NCBI GenBank assembly: GCA_025355465.1
Contig: JANXZO010000027.1
Coordinates: 3,787-67,786, forward strand
Source: Bacteroidales bacterium
GTDB lineage: Bacteria > Bacteroidota > Bacteroidia > Bacteroidales > FEN-979
DNA length: 64,000 nucleotides
Direction of reading: 5' to 3'
The notes beneath the pieces were generated by a model. The model was not told the origin of the DNA and searched no databases. It saw only the letters and a program-made list of their open reading frames with translations. The position numbers were made by a program, and so were the translations under genes. This document shows, in pieces, positions 55,470 to 64,000 of this stretch (positions are counted from its first letter, which is position 1; every line of letters begins with the position of its first letter).

Positions 55470-56219
55470 ATGAAGATATTAGTTTGTATCAGCAATGTTC
55501 CCGATACCACCACAAAGGTTAAATTCGTTGATGATTCGAAAAGACTTGATACTACAGGGATTCAATGGGTAATCAATCCCTGGGATGAACTTTCGCTTAC
55601 CCGCGCGCTTGAATTGAAAGATGATGGTTCAAATGGTATTCAATCAGTAACTGTTGCCCATGTCGGACTGGCAGGGGCTGAGCCTACCATCAGGAAGGCC
55701 TTGGCCATTGGTGCCGACGATGCTATCCGCATAAACGCCGACCCTTCGGATGCATACTTTGTTGCGGAACAACTAGCTGAAGTGATCAAGTCAAACCCGT
55801 TCGACCTGATAATTTGTGGCATCGAGTCCAGTGACTTTAATGGCTCCAATGTTGGCGGACTACTTGCTGAATTCCTGGATTATCCTTCTGTCTCCTCGGT
55901 CTCAGGGTTGAAGATAGAGAATGGTCAAGCGGTGATAAACCGCGAAATTGATGGTGGCCGCGAGATTGTCTCAGTCCCTTTCCCATTGATTGCCGTAGTT
56001 CAGAAAGGTATCGCCAAAGAACCAAGAATTGCAGCTATGCGTGGTATTATGATGGCCAGGTCCAAACCATTGAAAGTAGTTGAACCTGCCGCATTTAATG
56101 CGCTGACAGAAGTGTTGAACTATGAAATGCCTAAACCACGCGCTGCATGTAAGTTTGTAGATGCAGAAAATCCGGAACAACTGATTGAACTGTTGCAGAA
56201 CGAAGCAAAAATCATATAA
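55470..56219 (+). CDS. etfB: Electron transfer flavoprotein beta subunit
   Basis: MKILVCISNVPDTTTKV N-terminus, the NPWDELSLTRAL segment, and a length of 249 aa. Confidence 0.9.
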   Translation: MKILVCISNVPDTTTKVKFVDDSKRLDTTGIQWVINPWDELSLTRALELKDDGSNGIQSVTVAHVGLAGAEPTIRKALAIGADDAIRINADPSDAYFVAEQLAEVIKSNPFDLIICGIESSDFNGSNVGGLLAEFLDYPSVSSVSGLKIENGQAVINREIDGGREIVSVPFPLIAVVQKGIAKEPRIAAMRGIMMARSKPLKVVEPAAFNALTEVLNYEMPKPRAACKFVDAENPEQLIELLQNEAKII

Positions 56220-56245
56220 TCACAGATACAATTAAAAGATATAAT

Positions 56246-57211
56246 ATGTCGGTTTTACTGTTTGTTGAAAATTGGGATGGCAAATTCAAAAAACTCTCCT
56301 TCGAGTTGGTCTCCTATGGTGCGAAATTGGCAGAGATGCTGAATACCGGCTTAGTGGCTTGTTCAATTGGAAAGGTAGATAAAACAGAACTCGAAAAACT
56401 CTCAGATTATGGTGTAAGCAGGATAATTTCCGCAACAAGCGATGAATATAGAGTTTTCGATTCTCAGGTATACGCCGCTGCGATAGCCGATCTGGCCATT
56501 AAAGAAAAAGCTGAGGTGGTCTTATTGTCCAATAATAATTCCGGGAAAGCAATTGCTCCACGTTTGTCTGTAAGGCTGAAAGCAGGGATTGCCTCCGGGG
56601 TTAGCAAACTGCCTTCATCGGTTGCACCGTTTACTGTATATAAAAAGGTTTTTTCAGGTAATGCGTTTGCGAATGTTGCCATTAAATCTGAAATCAAGAT
56701 ACTTACGCTGGCACAAAACTCTTTTGAAGTGATCCCTGCCCAAGTAAGTCCTGCAATTGAAGACTACCAGGTATCCAACACCGGAACCTCTAAAATTTCA
56801 GTAGTCGAAGTTCAAAAGCAATCAGGCAAGATCCTGCTTACGGATGCAGAGATTGTAATATCCGGCGGAAGGGGAATGAAAACTCCTGACAACTGGGGCC
56901 CGATTACTGAACTTGCCGAACTGCTTGGCGCTGCAACTGCATGTTCCCGCCCGGTTTCTGATGAAGGCTGGCGCCCCCATGAAGAACATACCGGTCAAAC
57001 CGGAAAAATCATTGCCCCAAACCTTTACTTTGCGATTGGTATTTCAGGAGCTACCCAGCATCTCGCCGGAGTTAGTTCCTCTAAATTTATTGTGGCCATA
57101 AATACCGATAAAGATGCCCCCATTTTTTCCGCAGCTCAATACGGGATCATCGGAGATGCTGCTAAAATTCTCCCAAGACTTGTTGCTGCGGTAAAAGAAA
57201 TAAAGGGATAA
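56246..57211 (+). CDS. etfA: Electron transfer flavoprotein alpha subunit
   Basis: The C-terminal FAD-binding region shows VISGGRGM, GQTGKIIAPNLYFAIGISGATQHLAG and AINTDKDAPIF. Confidence 0.9.
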   Translation: MSVLLFVENWDGKFKKLSFELVSYGAKLAEMLNTGLVACSIGKVDKTELEKLSDYGVSRIISATSDEYRVFDSQVYAAAIADLAIKEKAEVVLLSNNNSGKAIAPRLSVRLKAGIASGVSKLPSSVAPFTVYKKVFSGNAFANVAIKSEIKILTLAQNSFEVIPAQVSPAIEDYQVSNTGTSKISVVEVQKQSGKILLTDAEIVISGGRGMKTPDNWGPITELAELLGAATACSRPVSDEGWRPHEEHTGQTGKIIAPNLYFAIGISGATQHLAGVSSSKFIVAINTDKDAPIFSAAQYGIIGDAAKILPRLVAAVKEIKG

Positions 57212-57222
57212 TAGCTTCATCC

Positions 57223-58545
57223 ATGGCCAAGCAGATCATCTTTGCGATCACGCTGCTCATTACGCTCGGTGTTTTTTATTACACCATCAACAGGATCGTC
57301 AGTTATTTCAGACTTACCCGTTCAGCTTTCCCGGTGAAGGACTTTGGAAAGCGCATGCAGGTCATGGCAGAGGTTGCTTTTGGCCAGTCTAAAATATTCC
57401 GCCGCCCGGTTATCGGACTTTTGCATGCGCTCGTATTCTGGGGCTTTTGCGTAATTCTGTTTGGCAGTGTTGAAATGATAATCGACGGACTTACAGGTAC
57501 CGATAGGGTACTTCAGTTTCTCGGCCCTGCATATGACGTGATCATTGCTTCTGGCGATCTCTTTGGTCTGATCGTCGGGCTCGCTATCCTCGTTTTCCTG
57601 ATCCGCAGACTTTTTTTCCATATCCGCCGATTTTCTGGCATTGAAATGAAGCATGTTTCCCATTTAGACGCGAACATTGCACTGAGTATCATACTGCTTT
57701 TGATGATATCATTACTCTCCATGAACATGGCTTATCTTACGGAAATCAACAAAACAGGTGGAACTGTTATTGGATATTACCCGGTAAGTCAAACATTCTC
57801 GGGACTATTATCAGGATTGGATAAGCAGAGTCTTGGAATCGTATACGAATGTTCATGGTGGTCACATATCCTGCTCATTTTTCTTTTTACCAACATCCTT
57901 CCTTATTCGAAACATTTTCATGTATTCATGTCTGTTCCGAATGTATTTCTGTCCCGGCTGGAACCCCTTGGAAAACTACAGAATATGGATAATGTTACCA
58001 GAGAGGTAAGAATGATGATGGATCCCCAAGGGTCGCTTAGGGCATCCCAGAATGAAATGCCCTTTGAGCGGTTTGGAATAAAGGATGCTGAGGATGTTAC
58101 CTGGAAAAACTACCTTGATTCGCTGGCATGCACTGAATGCGGGCGATGCACTGCTGTATGCCCTGCCAATATCACCGGTAAAATGCTAAGTCCACGCAAG
58201 ATAATAATGGATGTGAGGGCAAGGATGAAAGAAAAGGGGCCGGGGCTTGTGAAGCAAGGAAAGGAATACAACGACAACAAATCATTGGTGAGAGATTATG
58301 TTACCGAGGAGGAGTTATGGGCTTGTACCACGTGTAATGCGTGTGCCATGGAATGCCCGATCAATATCAATCACCCCTCACTTATCCTCGACATGCGGCG
58401 ATACCTTGTAATGGAGGAGGCATCTGCTCCTGGACAGCTGAAGGCGATGTTCAACTGTATCGAGAACAATGGAGCTCCCTGGCAGTTTTCACAAGCTGAC
58501 CGGATGGTTTGGGCTGAAGGAATCGAAATAAATGTTTTATCGTGA
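57223..58545 (+). CDS. Membrane-integral (Fe-S)-binding oxidoreductase: polytopic TM domain + 2x[4Fe-4S] ferredoxin domain
   Basis: About 5-6 TM helices in the first ~250 aa, followed by CTECGRCTAVCP and CTTCNACAMECP cluster motifs. Confidence 0.8.
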   Translation: MAKQIIFAITLLITLGVFYYTINRIVSYFRLTRSAFPVKDFGKRMQVMAEVAFGQSKIFRRPVIGLLHALVFWGFCVILFGSVEMIIDGLTGTDRVLQFLGPAYDVIIASGDLFGLIVGLAILVFLIRRLFFHIRRFSGIEMKHVSHLDANIALSIILLLMISLLSMNMAYLTEINKTGGTVIGYYPVSQTFSGLLSGLDKQSLGIVYECSWWSHILLIFLFTNILPYSKHFHVFMSVPNVFLSRLEPLGKLQNMDNVTREVRMMMDPQGSLRASQNEMPFERFGIKDAEDVTWKNYLDSLACTECGRCTAVCPANITGKMLSPRKIIMDVRARMKEKGPGLVKQGKEYNDNKSLVRDYVTEEELWACTTCNACAMECPININHPSLILDMRRYLVMEEASAPGQLKAMFNCIENNGAPWQFSQADRMVWAEGIEINVLS

Positions 58546-59351
58546 GTGATCGAATCGAAAACAGGCAAATAATCAATGTTCCGGTAATGGCCGACTGCCT
58601 CTCACGGAACGAACACCCGGAATACCTTTTCTGGGTTGGTTGTGCTGGTGCTTTCGACGACCGGTATAAAAAGGTGACCCGTGCCTTTACAAAGATCCTT
58701 GCGTACCTGAAGACGGATTATGCAGTACTTGGAAACGAAGAATCCTGTACCGGCGATCCTGCCCGTCGGGCCGGGAATGAAATGCTTTATCAGATGCAGG
58801 CGCTTCAGAATATTGAGCTGTTTAAATCGTATGGGATAAACAAGATCATCACCATTTGTCCGCATTGCTATAACATTTTCAAAAATGAGTATCCCGATCT
58901 CGGTGGCTGCTATGAGGTGATCAATTACCTGGAGTTCATTGACAATCATATCGCTAACGGTAAACTGCAGATTGACAAATCTGTGTTGGCCGGAATATCC
59001 GTTACATACCATGACCCATGTTACCTGGGGCGCGCAAATGACATATATGCCGGCCCAAGGTCTATTCTCAAATGCCTGACCGATAATTTTATCGAGATGG
59101 GGAGAAATAAAAGTTTTGCACTGTGTTGTGGTGCCGGTGGTGCACAAATGTTTAAAGAAGCTGAAAAAGGTGAGAAAGAAGTATATTTGGAGCGTACCGA
59201 GGAAGCTTTGAAAACTGATGCAAAAATCATTGCAACGGCCTGTCCTTTTTGTATGAATATGATTACCGACGGATTAAAGTATAAAAACAAAGAGGAAGAG
59301 ATCAAAAATCAGGACATTGCTGAGTTGATCGTTCAATCGCTGAAAATTTAA
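58542..59351 (+). CDS. CCG-domain (HdrD/GlpC/LutA-like) cysteine-rich oxidoreductase subunit
   Basis: Two cysteine-rich CCG-type segments (WVGCAGAF...CPHCYN and YHDPCYLGR...FALCCGAGG...ACPFCMN). The GTG start forms a GTGA overlap with the upstream stop. ATG 58587 is an alternative start. Confidence 0.75.
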   Translation: MSDRIENRQIINVPVMADCLSRNEHPEYLFWVGCAGAFDDRYKKVTRAFTKILAYLKTDYAVLGNEESCTGDPARRAGNEMLYQMQALQNIELFKSYGINKIITICPHCYNIFKNEYPDLGGCYEVINYLEFIDNHIANGKLQIDKSVLAGISVTYHDPCYLGRANDIYAGPRSILKCLTDNFIEMGRNKSFALCCGAGGAQMFKEAEKGEKEVYLERTEEALKTDAKIIATACPFCMNMITDGLKYKNKEEEIKNQDIAELIVQSLKI

Positions 59352-59377
59352 CATTCATAAACCGTAAACCAATCAAA

Positions 59378-61156
59378 ATGGAAATCAAGAAAGTGTTAAA
59401 AAGTGGTGAATTTCTTGTTGATGAAATTACTTCAGCAGATATTTTTATTCCTGAAGAATTCGATGAAGAACAACTTATGATCGCCCAGACGATTAAAGAT
59501 TTTCTTGAAACCGAACTGTACCCCAATATCGATAAAATTGATTCCCCGGACATAGTTCTGATGCAGTCTGTTCTGAAAAAGGCAGGCGAACTTGGGTTGA
59601 TGGGAATAGCCATTCCGGAAGAATATGGTGGTTTTGGACAAAGTTTTGTCACCCAGATGCTTGCGGCAGAAACTATTGGCGCCGGTTATTCATTTTCTGT
59701 CGCCTTTATGGCCCACACTGGAATTGGAACATTACCGATTATGTATTATGGAAGTGAAGCACAACGTCAGCAATATGTTACGCGGCTCGCAACCGGCGAA
59801 CTTATCGGGGCATACTGCCTTACTGAACCGGGTGCCGGGAGCGATGCCAACTCCGGGAAAACCCAGGCCATTCTGTCTGAAGATGGGAAGCATTATATTC
59901 TCAACGGACAGAAAATGTGGATCACCAATGCAAATTTTGCTGACACACAAGTGGTTTTTGCCAAGATTGACAAGGACAGGGTACTTAGTGCTTTTGTTGT
60001 TGAGCGCAACTTTCCGGGTGTACTTGTAAATCCCGATGAACATAAAATGGGGATCAAAGGTTCTTCCACTGCCCAGATATTTTACAACGATGTAAAAGTC
60101 CCGGTGGAAAACCTCATTGGCGCCAGGGGAGAGGGATTCCGTATCGCCCTTAGCATCTTGCACATGGGGCGTATAAAATTAGGTGCAAATGTTTTGGGTG
60201 CAGCCAAAAAGGCCATCACTGATTCGGTGCGATATGCGAATGAAAGGAAGCAGTTCAATAACCTGATCTCCACGTTCGGTTCCATCAAACACAAACTTGC
60301 CGAACAGGTTATCCGCACTTTTGCATTGGAGTCGGCAATCTACCGCGTAAGCAGGGATATCGACCGGCAGATCACTGACTGCAAAAACACTGGTATGGAC
60401 AAAGGCCGTGCTGCCATTGACGGAATCAGCCATTATGCGGTAGAAGCAGCCATTTTAAAAGTTTACGGTTCAGAAGCCCTTGATTTTGTGATCGATGAAG
60501 CCGTTCAGATTCACGGAGGTATGGGTTATTCCGCCGAAATGTCGGTGGAACGTGGTTATCGCGACTCCCGTATCAACCGTATTTTTGAAGGCACCAACGA
60601 AATCAACAGGTTGCTTGTTGTGGATACAGCAATGAAAAGAGCCATGAAGGGAGATTTCGACCTTTTTGGAAAAGCAGACCTCCTGATGGCTGACCTGAGT
60701 AATGTTCACGGAGAGGTAATTGCAGGTGAAACCTATTTTCAGGAAAAATTCCGTTATCTGAAAAATTTTAAAAAGGCTGCTCTTCTGGCAATTAACGGGG
60801 CAACGAAGCAGTTCGACAAGAAATTAGTCAATGAACAGGAGGTGATGAACAGTATTACCAATATGATTATCGATGTCTATATAGCAGAATCAAACACGCT
60901 TCGTATCGAAAAGATCAGCACCATCAAAGGCAATGCTGAAATTTATAAGGCGATACTTGATGTTTTGATCTATGAAGCCGCTGATAGGATTCGCAAAGCC
61001 GGACGGGATGCTGTGTATTCGATGTTGCCAGAAGGTGAAACCTCCGGTCTTATTAATGCGATCGGTAAACTTACCAGCGTAGCCGGAGTCAATACAAAGG
61101 AACTTCGCAGAAACATAGCAGACAGACTTATTGAAGACAACCAGTATAAGTTTTGA
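59378..61156 (+). CDS. Acyl-CoA dehydrogenase, long form with C-terminal extension
   Basis: The ACAD segments present are GAYCLTEPGAGSDA, QKMWITNA, GGMGYS and IFEGTNEI. Length is 592 aa. Confidence 0.9.
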   Translation: MEIKKVLKSGEFLVDEITSADIFIPEEFDEEQLMIAQTIKDFLETELYPNIDKIDSPDIVLMQSVLKKAGELGLMGIAIPEEYGGFGQSFVTQMLAAETIGAGYSFSVAFMAHTGIGTLPIMYYGSEAQRQQYVTRLATGELIGAYCLTEPGAGSDANSGKTQAILSEDGKHYILNGQKMWITNANFADTQVVFAKIDKDRVLSAFVVERNFPGVLVNPDEHKMGIKGSSTAQIFYNDVKVPVENLIGARGEGFRIALSILHMGRIKLGANVLGAAKKAITDSVRYANERKQFNNLISTFGSIKHKLAEQVIRTFALESAIYRVSRDIDRQITDCKNTGMDKGRAAIDGISHYAVEAAILKVYGSEALDFVIDEAVQIHGGMGYSAEMSVERGYRDSRINRIFEGTNEINRLLVVDTAMKRAMKGDFDLFGKADLLMADLSNVHGEVIAGETYFQEKFRYLKNFKKAALLAINGATKQFDKKLVNEQEVMNSITNMIIDVYIAESNTLRIEKISTIKGNAEIYKAILDVLIYEAADRIRKAGRDAVYSMLPEGETSGLINAIGKLTSVAGVNTKELRRNIADRLIEDNQYKF

Positions 61157-61185
61157 TTACCTTTACAAACAGATAAAGTATTTTG

Positions 61186-62004
61186 ATGACTGCTAATATC
61201 CTGGCAAATACCCTCCTCCTTGCAAGGACAGCAAAGGACAGTACATCCTTTGATCCCAGCATGCTGTATCTGATTCTCGCGCTGGTATCATTGTTTCTGC
61301 TTGTGTTATTTCTGGTATTTCTGAGAAACCGGATGATACCGCTCTTTAAACTCTGGTATGTTTCGGCACGGTACGGTAAATATAGTTTCGAATTTCTTGA
61401 ATTTTTCAAGGAGAATAATCTCAGAAATCCTCACAATAACTGCATTAAAGATGAGATTACCCTCAGGTTTCTGGTGTTCTTTAAACCTGCCAGAGATGCC
61501 GTGAACTATAAAACGAACAACCTGATCGAGTTTGGAGAAACTCCGTTTCTGACTACCTATAAGCAACTGATGAAAACCAAAGGGATCCCTGATTGCATCA
61601 ACGTTGCCAAATTTGCTGATTCGCGGGTCAAGGTAATCGGTTATAATGAAACACTGCAGGGAATGAAGATGAAATCCCTTTTCTACTTTATCGATGAAAA
61701 ATTCGTGATGGGCGAATTTGTCTTTTCAGATTTAATCAAAGTTAAACCTGCAAAAATTACAGGGATTCTTTCAACCAAGTATCTTGATGGCCGTGAATTG
61801 ACCTCCGATTCCATTTATTTTGCCGATCCGAAGACCACGATCCTGTACTATGAAAACAATGGCTTTTCTATCTGTATGAGATATTTCTTTGCCGGCGATA
61901 CCCAAATCAACGAAACTCTTGCATCGGTGTACGCCACAGGCGGTGACAGTGCGGAAAATTACATCAGGGCTTTACATAATGAGGAGATGCTGAACAGGTT
62001 CTAA
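61186..62004 (+). CDS. Hypothetical membrane-anchored protein
   Basis: One TM helix (MLYLILALVSLFLLVLFLVFL). 272 aa from ATG 61186 (the track start is TTG). No motif recognised. The 3' end overlaps the clpC stop by 4 nt. Confidence 0.5.
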   Translation: MTANILANTLLLARTAKDSTSFDPSMLYLILALVSLFLLVLFLVFLRNRMIPLFKLWYVSARYGKYSFEFLEFFKENNLRNPHNNCIKDEITLRFLVFFKPARDAVNYKTNNLIEFGETPFLTTYKQLMKTKGIPDCINVAKFADSRVKVIGYNETLQGMKMKSLFYFIDEKFVMGEFVFSDLIKVKPAKITGILSTKYLDGRELTSDSIYFADPKTTILYYENNGFSICMRYFFAGDTQINETLASVYATGGDSAENYIRALHNEEMLNRF

Positions 62005-64000
62005 TTAACCTTAACAAAAACCTCTTCTTTCTCCTTGTCGTAATCAACAGTTATAATGTCACTTTCCGAAAGTTTGGTTTTAATGATCTCCTCGGCGAGC
62101 GTGTCCTCTACATATTTCTGAATTGCACGCTTCAATGGACGGGCACCGAACTGTGAATCCCAACCTTTCTCAGCAATGTAATCCTTGGCTTCCGGAGTGA
62201 TTACAATATGATATCCCATATTTTTAATCCGGTCGTAAAGCTGTTTCAGCTCTATGTCGATAATCTTGTGTATATCTTCCCGCTCCAGGGATTCGAAGAT
62301 GATTACATCGTCAATACGGTTTAGGAATTCTGGTGCAAATGATTTCTTCAGCGCATTCTCAATAACGCCCCGTGCATATTCCGAACTCGAAGCCTGCTTT
62401 GCGGAGGTGGAAAAGCCGACCCCTTGTCCAAAATCCTTAAGTTGCCTTGAACCAATGTTGGAGGTCATAATAACAATGGTGTTTTTAAAGTCCACCCTTC
62501 TTCCAAAACTGTCAGTAAGCATTCCATCATCGAGTACCTGCAGCAACAGATGGAATACATCGGGATGGGCTTTTTCGATCTCATCAAGCAGTACGATAGA
62601 GTAGGGGCGGCGGCGTATTTTTTCTGTTAATTGCCCACCCTCCTCATATCCCACGTAGCCCGGAGGTGCACCAATCAGACGGGAGACTGCGAATTTTTCC
62701 ATGTATTCACTCATGTCAATACGAACCAGTGCATCCTCCGTATCGAAAAGATAACGGGAAAGCACCTTTGCAAGATGAGTTTTCCCAACACCCGTCGGCC
62801 CCAGGAAAATGAATGTTCCGATCGGCTTGCTTGGATCCTTAAGCCCTGCACGGTTGCGTCGGATGGCCTTTACAACCTTTTTGATTGCTTCGTTCTGACC
62901 AATCACCGAATTTTCAAGTTCTCCCTCCATGTTCATCAGCCGGTCGCCTTCATTCTTGGCAATACGCTGCACAGGAATTCCTGTCATCATGGCAACAACC
63001 TCTGCAACATTGTCTTCAGCTACAGTCTGTCTGTTTACCCTGGCATTTTCTTCCCATTTTTTCTTTTCTCTTTCAAGACTCTCCTGAAGCTTCCGTTCCG
63101 TATCACGTAAATCGGCAGCCTCTTCAAATTTCTGGCTATTGATCGCATTCATCTTACGCTTTCGCGTGTCTTCAATCTGGTTCTCAACGTTGATGATCTC
63201 TGCAGGCACATTGATGTTCGAAATATGTACCCTGGCACCAGCTTCGTCGAGGGCGTCAATGGCTTTGTCAGGAAGGTACCGGTCAGTTATATAACGGTTG
63301 GTAAGTGCCACACAGGCTTTTATTGCATCGTCTGTATATTTCACAAGATGATGATCCTCATATTTTTCCTTGATGTTATTCAGGATTTCTATTGACTCTT
63401 CAGGCGATGTCGGATCTACAAGCACCTTCTGAAACCTTCGCTCAAGGGCGCCATCCTTCTCAATATACTGTCTGTATTCGTCAAGTGTTGTCGCACCAAT
63501 GCACTGAATTTCTCCTCTGGCCAGTGCAGGTTTGAACATATTGGAGGCGTCGAGTGAACCGGAAGCATTCCCGGCTCCCACAATGGTATGGATCTCATCA
63601 ATGAACAGTATGATGTTGGGATTTTTCTCCAGTTCGTTGAGAACAGCCTTCATTCGTTCCTCAAACTGTCCACGGTATTTTGTTCCGGCAACCAGGGAGG
63701 CCAGGTCGAGTGACACCAGACGCTTGTTAAACAGCGCCCTGGATACTTTTCGCTGCACAATGCGCAGTGCGAGTCCTTCTGCAATGGCTGATTTTCCCAC
63801 ACCGGGTTCCCCGATGAGGATGGGATTGTTTTTCTTGCGGCGGCTCAAAATCTGTGCAATTCGCTGCAACTCTTTTTCGCGACCCACTATCGGGTCAAGC
63901 CTTCCCTCTTCGGCAGCCTTGGTAATGTCCCGACCAAAATTATCCAGAACCGGAGTTTTCGACTTGGTGTCCTGCGGTTTTTTCTGGCTTCCGGTGAAAC
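62001..64000 (-). CDS. clpC: ATP-dependent Clp protease ATP-binding subunit ClpC (N-terminus outside window)
   Basis: Two AAA+ modules (GEPGVGKSA and GPTGVGKTH) and a short UVR-like linker (FEEAADLRDTERKL). My hand translation stays open upstream of the track start (GTG 63887): ...TPVLDNFGRDITKAAEEGRLDPIVGREKEL continues to nt 64000. Confidence 0.92.
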   Translation of the reverse strand, partial: FTGSQKKPQDTKSKTPVLDNFGRDITKAAEEGRLDPIVGREKELQRIAQILSRRKKNNPILIGEPGVGKSAIAEGLALRIVQRKVSRALFNKRLVSLDLASLVAGTKYRGQFEERMKAVLNELEKNPNIILFIDEIHTIVGAGNASGSLDASNMFKPALARGEIQCIGATTLDEYRQYIEKDGALERRFQKVLVDPTSPEESIEILNNIKEKYEDHHLVKYTDDAIKACVALTNRYITDRYLPDKAIDALDEAGARVHISNINVPAEIINVENQIEDTRKRKMNAINSQKFEEAADLRDTERKLQESLEREKKKWEENARVNRQTVAEDNVAEVVAMMTGIPVQRIAKNEGDRLMNMEGELENSVIGQNEAIKKVVKAIRRNRAGLKDPSKPIGTFIFLGPTGVGKTHLAKVLSRYLFDTEDALVRIDMSEYMEKFAVSRLIGAPPGYVGYEEGGQLTEKIRRRPYSIVLLDEIEKAHPDVFHLLLQVLDDGMLTDSFGRRVDFKNTIVIMTSNIGSRQLKDFGQGVGFSTSAKQASSSEYARGVIENALKKSFAPEFLNRIDDVIIFESLEREDIHKIIDIELKQLYDRIKNMGYHIVITPEAKDYIAEKGWDSQFGARPLKRAIQKYVEDTLAEEIIKTKLSESDIITVDYDKEKEEVFVKVN

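Noticed and set aside
58542-58545. The junction of the Fe-S membrane ORF and the CCG ORF as a frameshifted pseudogene of a single EtfD-like gene.
   Set aside because: A clean GTGA start/stop overlap is typical of translational coupling, and both ORFs have intact cysteine motifs. A sequencing error cannot be excluded without reads.
1-64000. Mobile elements, prophage, defence islands, toxin-antitoxin pairs, rRNA/tRNA genes and riboswitches.
   Set aside because: No integrase, transposase, recombinase, restriction or Cas-like motifs appear in any ORF. No intergenic gap is long or structured enough for tRNA or rRNA. The leaders upstream of dapA and serC show no recognisable riboswitch cores by eye.

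Overview
This 64-kb window looks like a core, dnaA-proximal stretch of a Bacteroidota chromosome. The phylum call rests on three things: T9SS C-terminal sorting domains, many TAnnTTTG '-7' promoter boxes, and bamD-rpoZ-coaBC-DUF4835-recN synteny. I support about 52 densely packed CDS, mostly housekeeping: mnmE, sucD, fabG, dnaA, prmC, serA/serC, rpmE, lon, dapA, bamD, rpoZ, coaBC, recN, fabI, etfBA and clpC. I saw no rRNA, tRNA, CRISPR array, transposase, integrase, phage or recognisable defence genes. Only one textbook intrinsic terminator is present.

The most interesting content:
1. A non-canonical glycogen locus (4623-13534) holds a debranching enzyme, a GT4, a GH57 with a histone-H1-like (AKAKPA)5 tail, and a 1415-aa fusion of a GT3 glycogen synthase to a GT35 phosphorylase.
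2. An etfB-etfA / split membrane Fe-S + CCG oxidoreductase / acyl-CoA dehydrogenase module resembles a two-gene EtfD-type ETF:quinone link.
3. A serC-serA-(four-helix-bundle)-DUF1015 array.
4. An A-tract-rich 369-bp region upstream of dnaA is a possible oriC, but it has no canonical DnaA boxes.
5. Tandem M1 peptidase paralogs differ in carrying a T9SS sorting domain.
6. Short tandem repeats fill two intergenic spacers.
7. Three apparently leaderless promoter-ATG junctions.

All functional calls come from reading motifs in the translated ORFs. No database search, HMM or GC computation was possible. Several ORF-track starts use GTG or TTG, or appear over-extended, and I re-set those.
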